Position numbers and translations under genes: made by a program. Shown in pieces: positions 1-11,403 of a stretch of 64,000 nt of DNA. The stretch's first letter is position 1. The number at the start of each line of letters is the position of its first letter. The DNA comes from the human T2T-CHM13v2.0 reference genome, Homo sapiens, in the NCBI RefSeq assembly GCF_009914755.1, contig NC_060933.1, one strand, 5' to 3'. Under the pieces are notes generated by a model, which was not told the origin of the DNA, searched no databases, and worked only from the letters and a program-made list of their open reading frames with translations.

Positions 1-1165
1 TTTGACAGCAGTGCCCTTAGCAGCTTGATTGTTCGGATTTTCAGGGCTACTGAGCTCAAGTGTACAAGCAAACTGGAAAGAATAGCTTTGTTGGGTTTTT
101 TAAAGTGATAAAAGCATAATGACAGCATATCCACTGCTTTGAAGGCATCCCCCGCCCCCGTGTTCTTTATCTCAGGTTTTTCCATCAAGGTTAATCTAAT
201 CCTGCTAAATTAACAACCAGCCAGTGCATCCCCAAAGAGCCTGTGGAATGTGCAGGGTGGCTCAGCCTCGGTGTTCTCTAAAGTACTGGCTGTGGGTGGC
301 TCCTTGCTCACTTGCAGAAGTTGGCAAGTGACGAGTGGCCAGGGGACCGTGCGTCAGGGCGTCCCTCTGCCCTCAGCCTGCTGTGTTTCACCCGGTCTCT
401 GGTGAGCACATCTCTGGCTGCTTTGCGTGAATGAGCCAAGGGAGGGATAGATCTAGCTTACTGCCTCCCCCTCCCTTAAGCCAAGCAGAATGGGGTGTGT
501 GTGCACACCTGTGGTGAACGAATCTGTCCGTTCACCCTGTGCCAGGGCCGTCCTTACAGCAAGGACCCCGGGGATGTGTCCGTCCCCATCAGTGTCATGT
601 TAGCAAGCAGTGACAACATCCCTTTGCAGGAGGCATCCTGAACCACTCTGTCCTCAGACAGTGGCAGAGCCCAAGAGAACAATGTGCCCCACCCCTCCAC
701 CAGCCTCAGGAATCATTGTCTTGTCCCCATCACAGCAGCCCTAAGACTCAGGGCACATGCGCCAAGCCTGGGGGGCTAGTTTCTGTGTGGGAAGCGATGG
801 GGAAGCGGTGAGGAGCTCCTGGAGAAGGTGGCAGCTTTCATACCGGGTGATGTTCTGACTCTGGTGTTCTCTCCCATCTCAGCACCCATTCTGCTCCCCA
901 GTCAGGTTGGTTCTTTGTGGCTCAGATCTGTCACCCCTTAATGAAGTGGCTTTCTGGCTGCCAAGGATTGAGAGCTGCTACTGAGGAGTATAAGTCACTA
1001 ATAGCATGGAAAACACTGTGAAATACTCCAAGGTGCCAAGCTGGGCCCAGCCCAGTGTGGTTCTAAAAGGCTAATAAAAATCCACCAATTAATTGTGACA
1101 GCTCAATGGGAAATTATTCAATTGTGAACAGGGGCAAGCTGCAGCTCGAAAGGAGGAGGGGAGGG

Positions 1166-1179
1166 GTTGCCATAGTAAC
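1166..1179. promoter_or_regulatory. Candidate RFX X-box
   Basis: GTTGCCATAGTAAC fits the quasi-palindromic GTNRCCATRGYAAC consensus; motif match only. Confidence 0.5.
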
Positions 1180-1598
1180 ATCAATGTAAGTTCTCATCTC
1201 AGCAGCGGAAGCCAGCCCGGGAGTGAGCAGCATCCGACCGCCGCCTCTGACACGGGATGGGATGCAGGAGACACCAAAGGCGCGTTTGAAACAGATGCTT
1301 TGCCTGGCCCCGGGCCTGCAGCCACTCCCGGCTGAGCGTGGGCTCTCCCCGGGGCAGAGAAGTTGTTTTCCGAATGTTCCTTGCTCTTAGGAAACCTGGG
1401 AAGGAGCAGCCGAGTGGAAGTGAAAAGCACATGTGCTGTGTTCCTCCGCCCCTTTGACCGACTGCCGGTTACAGGGATCTAGAGGAGGGGTGTTTGGGTC
1501 CAGTCAACAGGAGCTCCATCTCCCGAAAGGCAAGGCACCCAGAACTCAGACTGTGGGGGAGGCCAGCATTCCAGTATGGTTTTGCAGTTGTCACAACT

Positions 1599-1604
1599 TT
1601 TATT
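1599..1604 (-). terminator. QRFP: Probable QRFP polyadenylation signal (AATAAA); 3' UTR about 0.7 kb
   Basis: TTTATT on the + strand, the first canonical hexamer I found downstream of the QRFP stop. Confidence 0.7.
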
Positions 1605-2299
1605 TGAAAAGATACACACGACATATTCTGATTTTGAACATGTGAAATGCAACCTTGCTATAGCAAAAACGGATTCCTTCCCAACGCATCTCCCAGGAGA
1701 CTCCTGGCCGGGCTAACACTGGGCCGCGGAGAAGGGCTGCGGTCAGAGGGGCAGGCAAACCACAGCAGGGGCTTCTTGCCAGGGGGATCTTGTGCTCATG
1801 GCATGGAGAAGGGGATCGGGTTCTTTTTTCCCATTTTTAACTTTCAGAACCATCCTCTGTACCCAGTGGAATGCACTCATTTGCACTCTGATGTCAGCCG
1901 CAGTCGTGCCTATAGAGACTGTCACAACTTTGATTACCCAACTGTAAGCACTCAGCCCGCTGCCTCGCTCTGCTATTCACACTCATGGCCCAGCCACAGC
2001 CTCAGCTCCGTGCCCCTGGGGCCAGGGGGCTGCTCGGAGTCAAAGCCCCAGGGGAAGAGAGAGGCTGGGACGACCGAGGCTCCAAGACAGCCTCCTTTTT
2101 GACACTGCCTAGTTTTTCGCTTCAGCAAAGTTGGAAATCAAAAGTAAGCACACACCTAACCTGTCCTACCATGGATCGTTCATCGTAACCAAGCCTACAT
2201 CATCTGGGTGTCGTGGTCTTTGAGACTGGGGGAGAAGGCAGGAGTGAAGACAATGGGGGTGAGTCCAAGAAGCAAATCCTTCCAAGGCGTCCTGGCCCT

Positions 2300-2710
2300 T
2301 CACCGCCGACCGAAGCGGAAGCTGAAGCCGCCTTTCTTCCTGCTGTAGCCATTGAGCTCCTCAGCCAGGTTCCCTAACGGGCCGCTGGTCTTCTCCCCCG
2401 CAGCAGGGAGGAAGCCGGTGGCCTCACTGCCTTCGTCCTGCCTCCCGAAGCGGAATCTGCAGCCAGCATGCTCTCTGCCCGATGTCTGCAGCCCCCTGGC
2501 TATGACAAGCAGGGCCTGTGGCTGTGAAGCTCTCAGCCACCGAGAGGAACCCCACACGGAGTGGGGTCGGGGCCCCATGGCCAGGTCGGCCCAGCGTTCT
2601 CCAGCTCCGAGGCCACCCATGGCGTCTGTGGGCTCTCTTCTGTCCAGTAGAGGAAAGCAGGCGCCCAGCGGCAGGAAGAGGAAGTAGATCAGGGGGTAAG
2701 GCCTTACCAT
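2300..2710 (-). CDS. QRFP: Orexigenic neuropeptide QRFP precursor (prepro-26RFa/43RFa), 136 aa
   Basis: ATG at 2710-2708, TGA at 2302-2300. Translation MVRPYPLIYFLFLPLGACFPLL... (signal peptide) ...RQDEGSEATGFLPAAGEKTSGPLGNLAEELNGYSRKKGGFSFRF-GRR. 43RFa is encoded by 2312-2440 and 26RFa by 2312-2389, followed by the Gly amidation donor and a dibasic site. The ORF-track start at 2773 is a TTG, not the true start. Confidence 0.98.
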   Translation of the reverse strand: MVRPYPLIYFLFLPLGACFPLLDRREPTDAMGGLGAGERWADLAMGPRPHSVWGSSRWLRASQPQALLVIARGLQTSGREHAGCRFRFGRQDEGSEATGFLPAAGEKTSGPLGNLAEELNGYSRKKGGFSFRFGRR

Positions 2711-5700
2711 CTGACCCAGAGGAAAGAGAGGCAGAGTGACAGGCTGCACACGTGGCCAAGCGCAACTCACCAAAATGTTTCCCCGGGACAGGCTGGCAGC
2801 GTAGATGTGAGCAGGGGGCTCAGCTGAGCCCGGCTTCCGAGCAGTGCTGGGACTAGGCCACTGTTTTATTAGCAGGATCAGGAGGTGATTGTGCCAGTTA
2901 GGCCGGTTCTTCTCCTGCAGTCCCCACGATCTGCGTGCCTGGGCAGCTTAGCACCGTAAATCCACCGCTGCTGGCTGGCAGAGCAGTGCCCAGGCGGCCC
3001 CGGGAGAGTCAGCAAATGTATGCTCATTTTTCTCTTATTATAAAATGGCCATATCATTGCAGAGCCATGGGGTGGAAAGTTAAAAGCATCAATCTCCCTT
3101 AGTGTTCAACTGGATAATAAATGGGTCTAGCTATGCTGTTTAGCTGGGACATCCTGCTAATGTCTCTTTCACGTGGGAACGAGTTGCTCCTGAAAGCCAG
3201 AAACAGATTGGATGGTCCTGGCCTAATTCGGACACCCACCTGGGAAGGAGTGTGTGGACACCACTGGGGCTTGGGCACCGTAGGTCTGCCAGGCTCTGAG
3301 CCAAGAGCTCACACATGTGATTGTACTTCATCTTCATAGTACTCCTGCTTGGTAGGTCCGGCCAGTCCCACTTTTTCAGGCAACAAAACTGTCAGAAAAA
3401 CTGAGATTGTGCCCAGGCCACACAGCCAGAAAGTGGAGGCTCTGGATTCATGATTCTAATGGCCAGACGGCTTCTTCAAGAAGCATACATATCTGCTAGG
3501 TCCTCCCAACCCTCCTATTTCACAGGGGTGGTGTCGGTCTCAAACAGCTGAGGTGACTTGCCCCAGATCTCATGGCCTTATCAGTGCCAGAGCTAGAGTT
3601 CAATCCCAGGTCTAACTGGGCTTGACTCAGGAAGGCGTGCCCTAACTCCCTCCTCTGTACTCCACATGGCACTCGGGGGATCTGAAACCCAGCCTCCTGT
3701 AATGAACCTGCCTTGGTAACACTTGCTCCCTTGTCTGGCAAAGAAAACCTTTTTGACAATGACCGCGGGGGAGCTGGAGCTGGCTTGTCCTCCGCAGAGT
3801 CAAACTGAGGCTAGACTAGAGAGCACCGGCCCTGGAGAAGACAGTACAGGAGTCCCCAGAGCCCTTTCCAGAAATGGCTCCCTCGAACACATTTCAAAGA
3901 AGCGAGCTCAGCCAGGAAGCTTTTAAAAAAATAATACATGCAACCCCACTTTCTACCCAAATCCAGTTCTTCTAAGCTTTCGTCCCCCAGGGATGGAGTG
4001 ACCTCCCTCATGCTGCCAGGAAAACCTTTCCATCAGGGCGCAGGCAGAGTGGGGGCTTCCACGAGGTGACTTTCTGCAGCGGCCCAGCCCATTCCCTCCT
4101 CCCCATAGGAAGCACTTTGCTGACTGCGATGTGGACCAGGGACCGTTGCATCCTGGTGGATAAATCCACCCGGGAGTGGCCTCTGGGTGTCTAGAAAGGA
4201 GACAGCCTGACAGAGCAGGCCCTGGAGTGGCCCTTCACCCCTTTTAGGGGTTCATGCACCCCTTCAAGAATCTGGTAGAAAGTGGGGATGCTCATCACGG
4301 GACAGGCGGCCCCAGCGCGAGTCAGGGCTTCAGGCCCCACAGCCAGGAAGGGACAGGAAAAGCACGGGTGAGGCTGGGTCCCAGCCCTGGCAGGGCAGCC
4401 GTGACCAATCTGTGCTGCTCTGGGCTGTTGGCAGGGGAGGCACTGGTGTCCCCTCTCCGGGCACTCCCTCCCTGTGCTTCTGTGTGCCCTCTGACTGCCC
4501 ATGCCTGGCTCCTGCCTGGGCAGGGCCTGAGCTGGGGTTCCTGCTGGGGACAGGGCAGCTATGCTCACCGTGTGGCTGGGACTGCTCCCAGGAAGGCTGG
4601 CTGGTGGATCGCTGGGCTCCGGGGCTGGGCTGGGCAGAGCTGCTCTGGGTCCTCGTCCAGGAGGCATGGCCCCTGGGCTCTCCCTGCTTTATATGGCCCG
4701 CGGTGCGCTTGCTGCTCTGCCGACTGCCTGCTGCGCATTCCTGACCCTGGGATTCCATTGGGGACGCTGTTGTTGAAGAGGGGCAGTGCTGACCGCGTTG
4801 ATAAAAACAACCTCACACAGGATGTAGTCTGATGAGAGGGCAGGCGGGCTGCCCTTTGGAGGAGAGCAGACAGCATCATTAACTGCAAATTGCGGGCACA
4901 GACCCTCGAGTCCCTTGGCGGGGGTTCCAAGCCCACCCTTCACCCTAAGGGTCCTGCCTTTGCTGGGTTGGCACCTCACGCTCCGGAGAGGACATGGGGT
5001 GGGTGGACATCTACCCGACACACCTACTGCCCAGCTTGCAGGATGGCTTTCATGGGCAGGAAAGCCACAGACACCCATGAGGCCCGTGTTTCACAGGCAC
5101 CGGGCTGCGCGGCTAAGCCAGGTGCACCTCCCCGGCAGGTGGAGCCCTCAGCGGCCTGTTACCCAGGAACCAACCAAGGGGGCACGGCAGATGCCCAGGA
5201 CAGCAGTGGAGCATTTGCCTGTGGCCCCCAGCCCCTCCCACCGCATACCCTGGGTGGCCCCCTACTGTCACCGAGGGTCACCTCTGGGAGGCCAGCAGGA
5301 GGACCCAGCCTCTGCTCCTTGCCCGGCAGAGATTCTCCCTCCACTGAGAGCAGGCAGGGGGGTGATGAGGCGGCCCCACCCCACCACTGTCAGGAACTGA
5401 GCACAGAGGGCCTCCCCCATTCCAGGGGCCCTCACCCAGCCGACCTACCCCTGCATCCCGGCTGCTGGGGGATCAGAAGTCATGGGAATAGAGAGCCTGT
5501 GGACACTTCCCCAGAGACCTGAGGAAGGCACTGGAATCTCGATCCTCCACTTCGGGGCTGAGCGCCCAGGTTCGGGCGGAGGGTCTGCGGATTGAAGCCG
5601 ATGACTGAGCTTTGCTGGCCAGAACCAGCTTCCATCCCCCAGGCCAGGGCTGCCTCCGATGGCCTGAGGTGCCCCTGTCCTGTGTGTGCGTGTGTGTGTA

Positions 5701-5999
5701 TGCCCCCACATGAGTATGTGCACACGTGCGTACACGTGTGTGTGCTCGTGAGACGGGAGGTGTGGTGTCCTTCTGTCTCCCTGGTTAGTGCTGGTTGATT
5801 CTGACAGCGGGCACCAGTTATCCATGGGGTGCCGCCCAGGGTGGGTCTCTACCGTGCTATGAGCCTGGACCGGATGCCTGCCCTCTGGGTGCCTCAGTGC
5901 TCCCTTGGTGTAAAGCGAGGTTCAAGTTCCCAAGCTGTGCTTTGCAGAATTCCTCAGGAATGGCCATGGAAGTTGGGGAAGGCAACATGGGGTCCAATC

Positions 6000-6270
6000 C
6001 CGCAGGCACCCCTCTCCCACAGGCACCCCACTCCCCTACAGGCTACCCCTCTGCCCTACAGGCACCCCTTTGCCCCACACGCACCCCTCTGCCCCACAGA
6101 CACTCCTCTGCCCTACAGGCACCTCTCTGCCCCGCAGGCACCCCTGTGACCCACATGCACCCCTGTGCCCCGCAGGCACCCCTGTGCCCCGCACGCACCC
6201 CTGTGCCCTGCATGCACCCCTGTGCCCCGCACACACCCCTGTGCCCTGCACGCGCCCCTGTGCCCCTCAG
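6000..6270. repeat. 18-bp minisatellite, about 15 degenerate units (GCACCCCTGTGCCCCGCA-like)
   Basis: Visible 18-nt periodicity; gives repetitive HPCAPH/APLCP translations. Confidence 0.85.
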
Positions 6271-7597
6271 GCCAAGCCCCACTTTGCTGTGTTTGACATG
6301 TTGAGCTCCCAGAAAAGGTTCTGCTTTGAAACCACCAGGGCCCGGAGTCCTTTTGCGGGACTGAGGTCTGTGGCTCTGAGAGGTGGTCACAGAACGTCCT
6401 GCATGTGAGGGGCTGGTCTGGGGTGGGAGCAATATTGGGGTGAGGATGAGGGGTCCCCACGTGGCCCACATGTTCCCCAGCCTCAGGTCCCCGCCTGCCC
6501 CCTTCAGACCGGGGTGCCTGGAGCCCAGTCAGGCGTTGGATTTGGTGCCAAACCTTCTGACTCCAGGGACTTGCCTGGTCCCCTCCACCCCTGGAACTCC
6601 TGGACGGAAAAATTGCTTTCAGATGCCCTTCCTGGGCCCCTGGAAGCATCTGGGTTCCCCCACCTCTTGAGCAATTGGGGGTGACAACTGTGCCACTGTT
6701 TGCCACCAGCAGCCGAGATAGGCAGGGTCTGGGCTGCCTGGATGCACAGGGTGGCCGGGGCTAGATCAGTCCAAGAGTGGCAGTACCCATCGGGGCGGCT
6801 TCCAGCGCTGGAGGCTTTTTCTGCTGTCGGGTAAATGCAGGGAGGCGAGGCGTGAGGGTGGTGGGGCTGGTGGTGCAGGAAGCCGCTCTGGGGGTGGAGT
6901 CCGTGGACCACCTCGAAGCCTGTGGGGTTCCCTGGGAAGCTGTCCTGACATAGGTCCAGGCCAGGTGCCCGCATGGCCAAGCTGACCGGCAGCCCCTGCC
7001 TGGGATTCCCAAAGTGAGGAGGCTGGAACTGGAGTGGCAACGCCTGGATGAGCTAAGGCCAGGCCCCGGCCTCGCAGACCCCTTTAACCACATGTCACTC
7101 CCGGACTGGGTTCCACAGCCGGCTCAGCCACAGCCAGCCTCCACCTCACTGAGCTTCAGATCCTCCGCCTGGCTGGGCATGACAGCAGTGCCCGTGTGGT
7201 GGGGTGGGGTTGTCGGGGTGGCATGGTGCCCGCTTAGGCAGTGTTCACTGCTGCTGCTAGGGAGGGCGCAGGGTGGTGGCCCCCATCTAAGCCCGGGTCC
7301 CCTGGGCTGTTGGCAACTGCCGCTCCGGTTCTGCTGGCCGAACCCCTCCTGCCCTGGGAAGCCGCTTCCCATGCTGTTGGGCACCATTTCTCGCGGAATT
7401 GCATGAGCCCTTGTCTGAGGACCTCTGTGACTGAGTCCTTGAACCTTTCCAGGAGCTGCCTCAGGCTGGTCTGGTGGTTGCGGGAAAAGGGTTGAGTTGG
7501 GCACACCTGCACCTGGCATGGGTGTGGCACGTGGGGAGGCAGGTGGCCATGGCCTGTGACTTCCGTGGCCTGGCTCAGGAGTCCCATCCCCAGGCGT

Positions 7598-8020
7598 CTC
7601 CACCTCTGCCCCTCCCACCTCTGCCCTTCCCACCTCTGCCCCCAACCTGTGCCCCCTCCCTCTTCTACCCACCCACCTCTGTCCCCCCACCTCTGCCCCT
7701 CCCTCCTCTGCCCCCACCTCTGTCCCCCCACCTCTGCCCTTCCCTCCTCTGCCCGCCAAACCTCTGCCCCTTCCTCCTCTGCTCCTCCCTCCTCTGCCCC
7801 CACCTCTACCCCCAACTCTGGCCTCCCACCTCTGCCTCCCCACCTCTGCCCCTCCCTCCTCTGCCCCCACCTCTACCCGCAACTCTGGCCTCCCACCTCT
7901 GCCTCCCCACCTCTGCCCCTCCCTCCTCTGCCCCCACCTCTACCCCCCACCTCTGCCCCTCCCTCCTCTGCCCCCCTACCTCTGCCCTCCCTCCTCTGGC
8001 ACCCCCACCTCTGCCCCCTC
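7598..8020. repeat. C-rich compound tandem repeat (CCCCACCTCTG / CCCTCCTCTG units)
   Basis: Strong strand asymmetry; a block of about 67 nt is duplicated at about 7797-7930. Confidence 0.9.
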
Positions 8021-8657
8021 AAGCTGTCAGAGCAGTGGGCATTGTGCTGGCTGAGTGAAAGTCCATGGTGGAGGGAAGAGTGGGATTCGTCTTCTGTGAA
8101 CCCGGACTTGAAAACCTCCGGCCGCACGGGGGGGTGTGAGACTCCCCGGCTGCCCGCCCCCGACAGGTGCCAGACAGAGGCCGAGCACAGGGCAAGGCCA
8201 CTGCCGCTCTTTCTACTGGCCCCGTGCGGCACCTCCCACACAGGCACTCGATAAATACTGGATTTTATTAAATAAACTCCAGGGATTGTTTTATCCGTAA
8301 GCCTCAAATTGATGTTATGAATAAATAGCCATGGGGGACTGTTCATTCAATAACGTGTCTCAGTTCCTTGGAACTCTGTCCCCAGCCACAGGGACCCACA
8401 GGATAGTTTATCACCCCGGGGACCCGGGAGGGATGCACCGATGCCGCAGGACCCGGGTTCATCCTCCAGAGCCCAGACCCCAGGAGGACCGACCCCACTG
8501 GGCGCGGCTTGTGCAGGAGGCAGGCCCTGCGTCCGCCTGACCAGGTCCAGGCCATCTTTGCAAAGCCCAGAACTGGCCCAGTCAGAGGGTCTTGAGCAGC
8601 CCTAGTGGGTCCAGAGCTATCTGGGAAATGCCTTTTGGCTGCTCTAATGAAAATGGT

Positions 8658-8950
8658 GGCTGGGTGCAGTGGCTCATGCCTGCAATCCCAGCAATTTGGG
8701 AGGCAGAGGCGGGAGGGTGGCTTGAACCCAGGAGTTCAAAACCAGCTTGGGCAACATAGCTAAGACCCCGTCTCTACAAAAAGTAGAAAAAAAAAATTGC
8801 TGGGTGTGGTAGTGCGCACGTGTAGTCTCAGCTACTCAGGAGGCTGAGGTGGGAGGATCGCTTGAGCCCAGGAGTTCGCCACAGTGGGCAGTGATGGTGC
8901 CACTGCTCTCCAGCCTGGGTGACAGAACAAGACCGTCTCTAAAAATAAAT
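8658..8950 (+). mobile_element. Alu (AluJ-like)
   Basis: GGCTGGGTGCAGTGGCTCA...CTTGAGCCCAGGAG... dimer with short A tail. Confidence 0.9.
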
Positions 8951-11397
8951 GATGAGAGGAGTTCAGGGGAGACAGAGCGAGAGGCAGTCCTGGAACACGT
9001 GGGTATCTGATCCACTCAAGCTCTGACACGAGGCTTGGAGTCCGGCTGGAGGCAGAGACCAGAGCTGGGTCACCATGAGACTTTATTAAAGACAGAACGC
9101 ACAGACACCAAGTGCTGACAGCCTCGCCTAGCGATGCTCCCATACCAGGCTTCCTCCACCAGTCGCTGTGCTGGCCCTCTGAGCTCCCTCTGCAGCCCTG
9201 GCCAGTGCTGTGTGGCCCGAGTCAGACACACCTGTCAGCGCATGAGGGGCCAACGTGGCCAGCCTTGAGCCAGAGCTCCCAACACTCCCTACAAATCCCA
9301 CCGAGGCCCGACCTCAGCCCTCTGGGTTTGCCAAGTCCTGCCGGCTGCTTGGGCCACACAGTTTGGGGACATCCTTGTCTCTGAAAGCAGATGAAGAAAT
9401 GGAGGCCCTGGGGAAGCCCGGTCCGCTGAGGCCAAAGCTTAGTGTCCTGTCTCCTTGTTCTGGGTTCTGTGTGTCCCCTGCTGGGTCCTCCTGCCGGTAC
9501 ATTGCTCCTGAAGTCACAGGACGGGTCTGCCGCTGGCCACAGGCGTTCTTTATGTCCCGTCCCCCCATCTCACACAAACGGTACCTCTCCTCTTCCTTCC
9601 CCTCCCTGGAGCCAGCGTCCTCATGGTTTGAGATGGTTCAACAATCCTCCAAATCTCTGCCTGCTCAGACACGCCCCTGGGTGACAGGGCCTCCAGAGAC
9701 CCTGGCTCCCAGCTTCCAGGGCTCTGGCCCCAGCCAAGCCAGCCAGAGGCCTGTGTGGACGAGGACAGGTGGCAGGAAGGGTTAGGGGCACCAGAAGGAG
9801 GTAGGCACTGGCGATACAGCTTTTGTCCCAAAGACAAACATTATAAAACCAATTTACACGCAGCTGCAGGGGAAAGCTGTTTGAGAATGGCTCACAGCTC
9901 TGTTCCTTTGCTGTTCTCCAGCTGAATGTGCTGAGGCCACCAGCATGGAAACCAAGGTTCCTTCCATCCTCTGGACCTTGGTGCTCAGGCAGTCAGCTGC
10001 GTGGCCTTTGGTGTAACTCTCTGAGATGTGTGTGAAGTTTAGGGGAAAGGAGGAAGGCCACTGGCTGAGCCACAAAACCTACCTGTGCACGTGGAGAAGC
10101 AACGGCGCAGGTGCGCTGCCTCCAGGTCCCAGTGTGGCGATGCAGAGACCCCTCCCACTCAGCTTACTCCCCTCAAGTGAAGCAGCAGGAGGAGGCTCAG
10201 TCAGGTGGCATTGTGGGATGGAGGGCTGCAGGCATCCACCCTCAAACTGGGTCCCAGGGGACGGTTTGGGGCCCGTGGGTCCCAGGCGACCCTGTGCACA
10301 TGCTAGCCCTTGGCCTGGTCACTCAGCCCACAGGTCTCGAGCTGTCCCTCGCCCAGGGCTCTCCCAGCATCCCCATCCTCCTGTCTCAGATGAGAGCCAT
10401 TTGCACTGGTATCAGACCGTAGGCTCTGCAGGGCTAGGGTGAGAGGGTGTGGCCCGGAGCAGGTGCGCAGGGACCGTTTTTCCCCAGTGCCAGCCTTTGA
10501 AGGTGCCCCTGGGGAGGGTGGGGCCGGTGCGCTGGCCTGGGCCCTCCCCACCATGTCAAGCTCCGTGCCCATTCAGCCGGTGCTTGGTAGGGCCATGTGC
10601 CCTCTCCTGGTCTGGGACAGGGGCCGGTGCTCTAGGGCAGTAACAGGGCTCTAGAAGGGACAGGCATCCCCAGTGCAGCCAGCCACTGAGGACAGATGCT
10701 GCCGGGACCTGGACCTGGACCACAGGCTCACAGGCCACCTGCACCTGCCCCCGGCCCCTCGCCAGGCCCCAGCCATGGTGCATCTGTTCCACAGCCAAGC
10801 CCTGGCACGAGGGCCCTGGTGCCTCCTGCTGCACCCACACATCTGTGAGTCCATTAACTTCACACTCACCAGGAGTTTGTTTGATGACACATCAGAAAGT
10901 GCTGGCACTTTCTAAGCAGTCGCTGGCGCAGTCACTGGCATGGGGAGGCTGGTAGCTCCTGCCTGGGGCCTGTCGGTGGGGGGCTCCTGGGATGAGAACT
11001 CGGGTCCCACCCAGCCCCTGCAATATGACAGGGTGCTCTGGGAACCCAGATGGTCTGGGTGGGCTCCCTTGGCTTCTAGATGGTGGGAAGAGGAGCCAAG
11101 AAGGGATTTCCCGTTGAATCTCATGTGGTCATTTTGCCCACATCTTGCCCCTTGTGGCCCCGCACCTGGCCTGCTCCAGCCACCACCCCGGCCACACTAG
11201 GCTGCCACTGCCTGATTCTTGGCTGTATCTGCGTCCAGCTGAGGACCGAGAGGGCAGGGACCAGGTCCTGTCCAGCCTGGGCCCACGGCAGAAGGAAGCG
11301 CTGCAGACATCTGCGCATGTGGATGACCTGGTGGCACTGGGACAGAGAGCCAGGTCACACGGCCTCTCCCACCAACCCCCAGTGGTGCCAAGTCAAA

Positions 11398-11403
11398 TTT
11401 ATT
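11398..11403 (-). terminator. FIBCD1: Probable FIBCD1 polyadenylation signal (AATAAA); 3' UTR about 1.55 kb
   Basis: TTTATT on + in an AT-rich patch; the downstream minus-strand sequence is GT-rich (GGGGTTGGTGG). Confidence 0.8.

Noticed and set aside
2711-2773. 21-aa N-terminal extension of QRFP in the ORF track
   Set aside because: It starts at TTG and covers splice-signal sequence; the signal peptide begins at the ATG at 2710
7124-8254. Long repetitive ORFs (also 6036-6706, 38706-39612, 53091-53690, 63773-64000)
   Set aside because: Translations of tandem repeats with no gene structure
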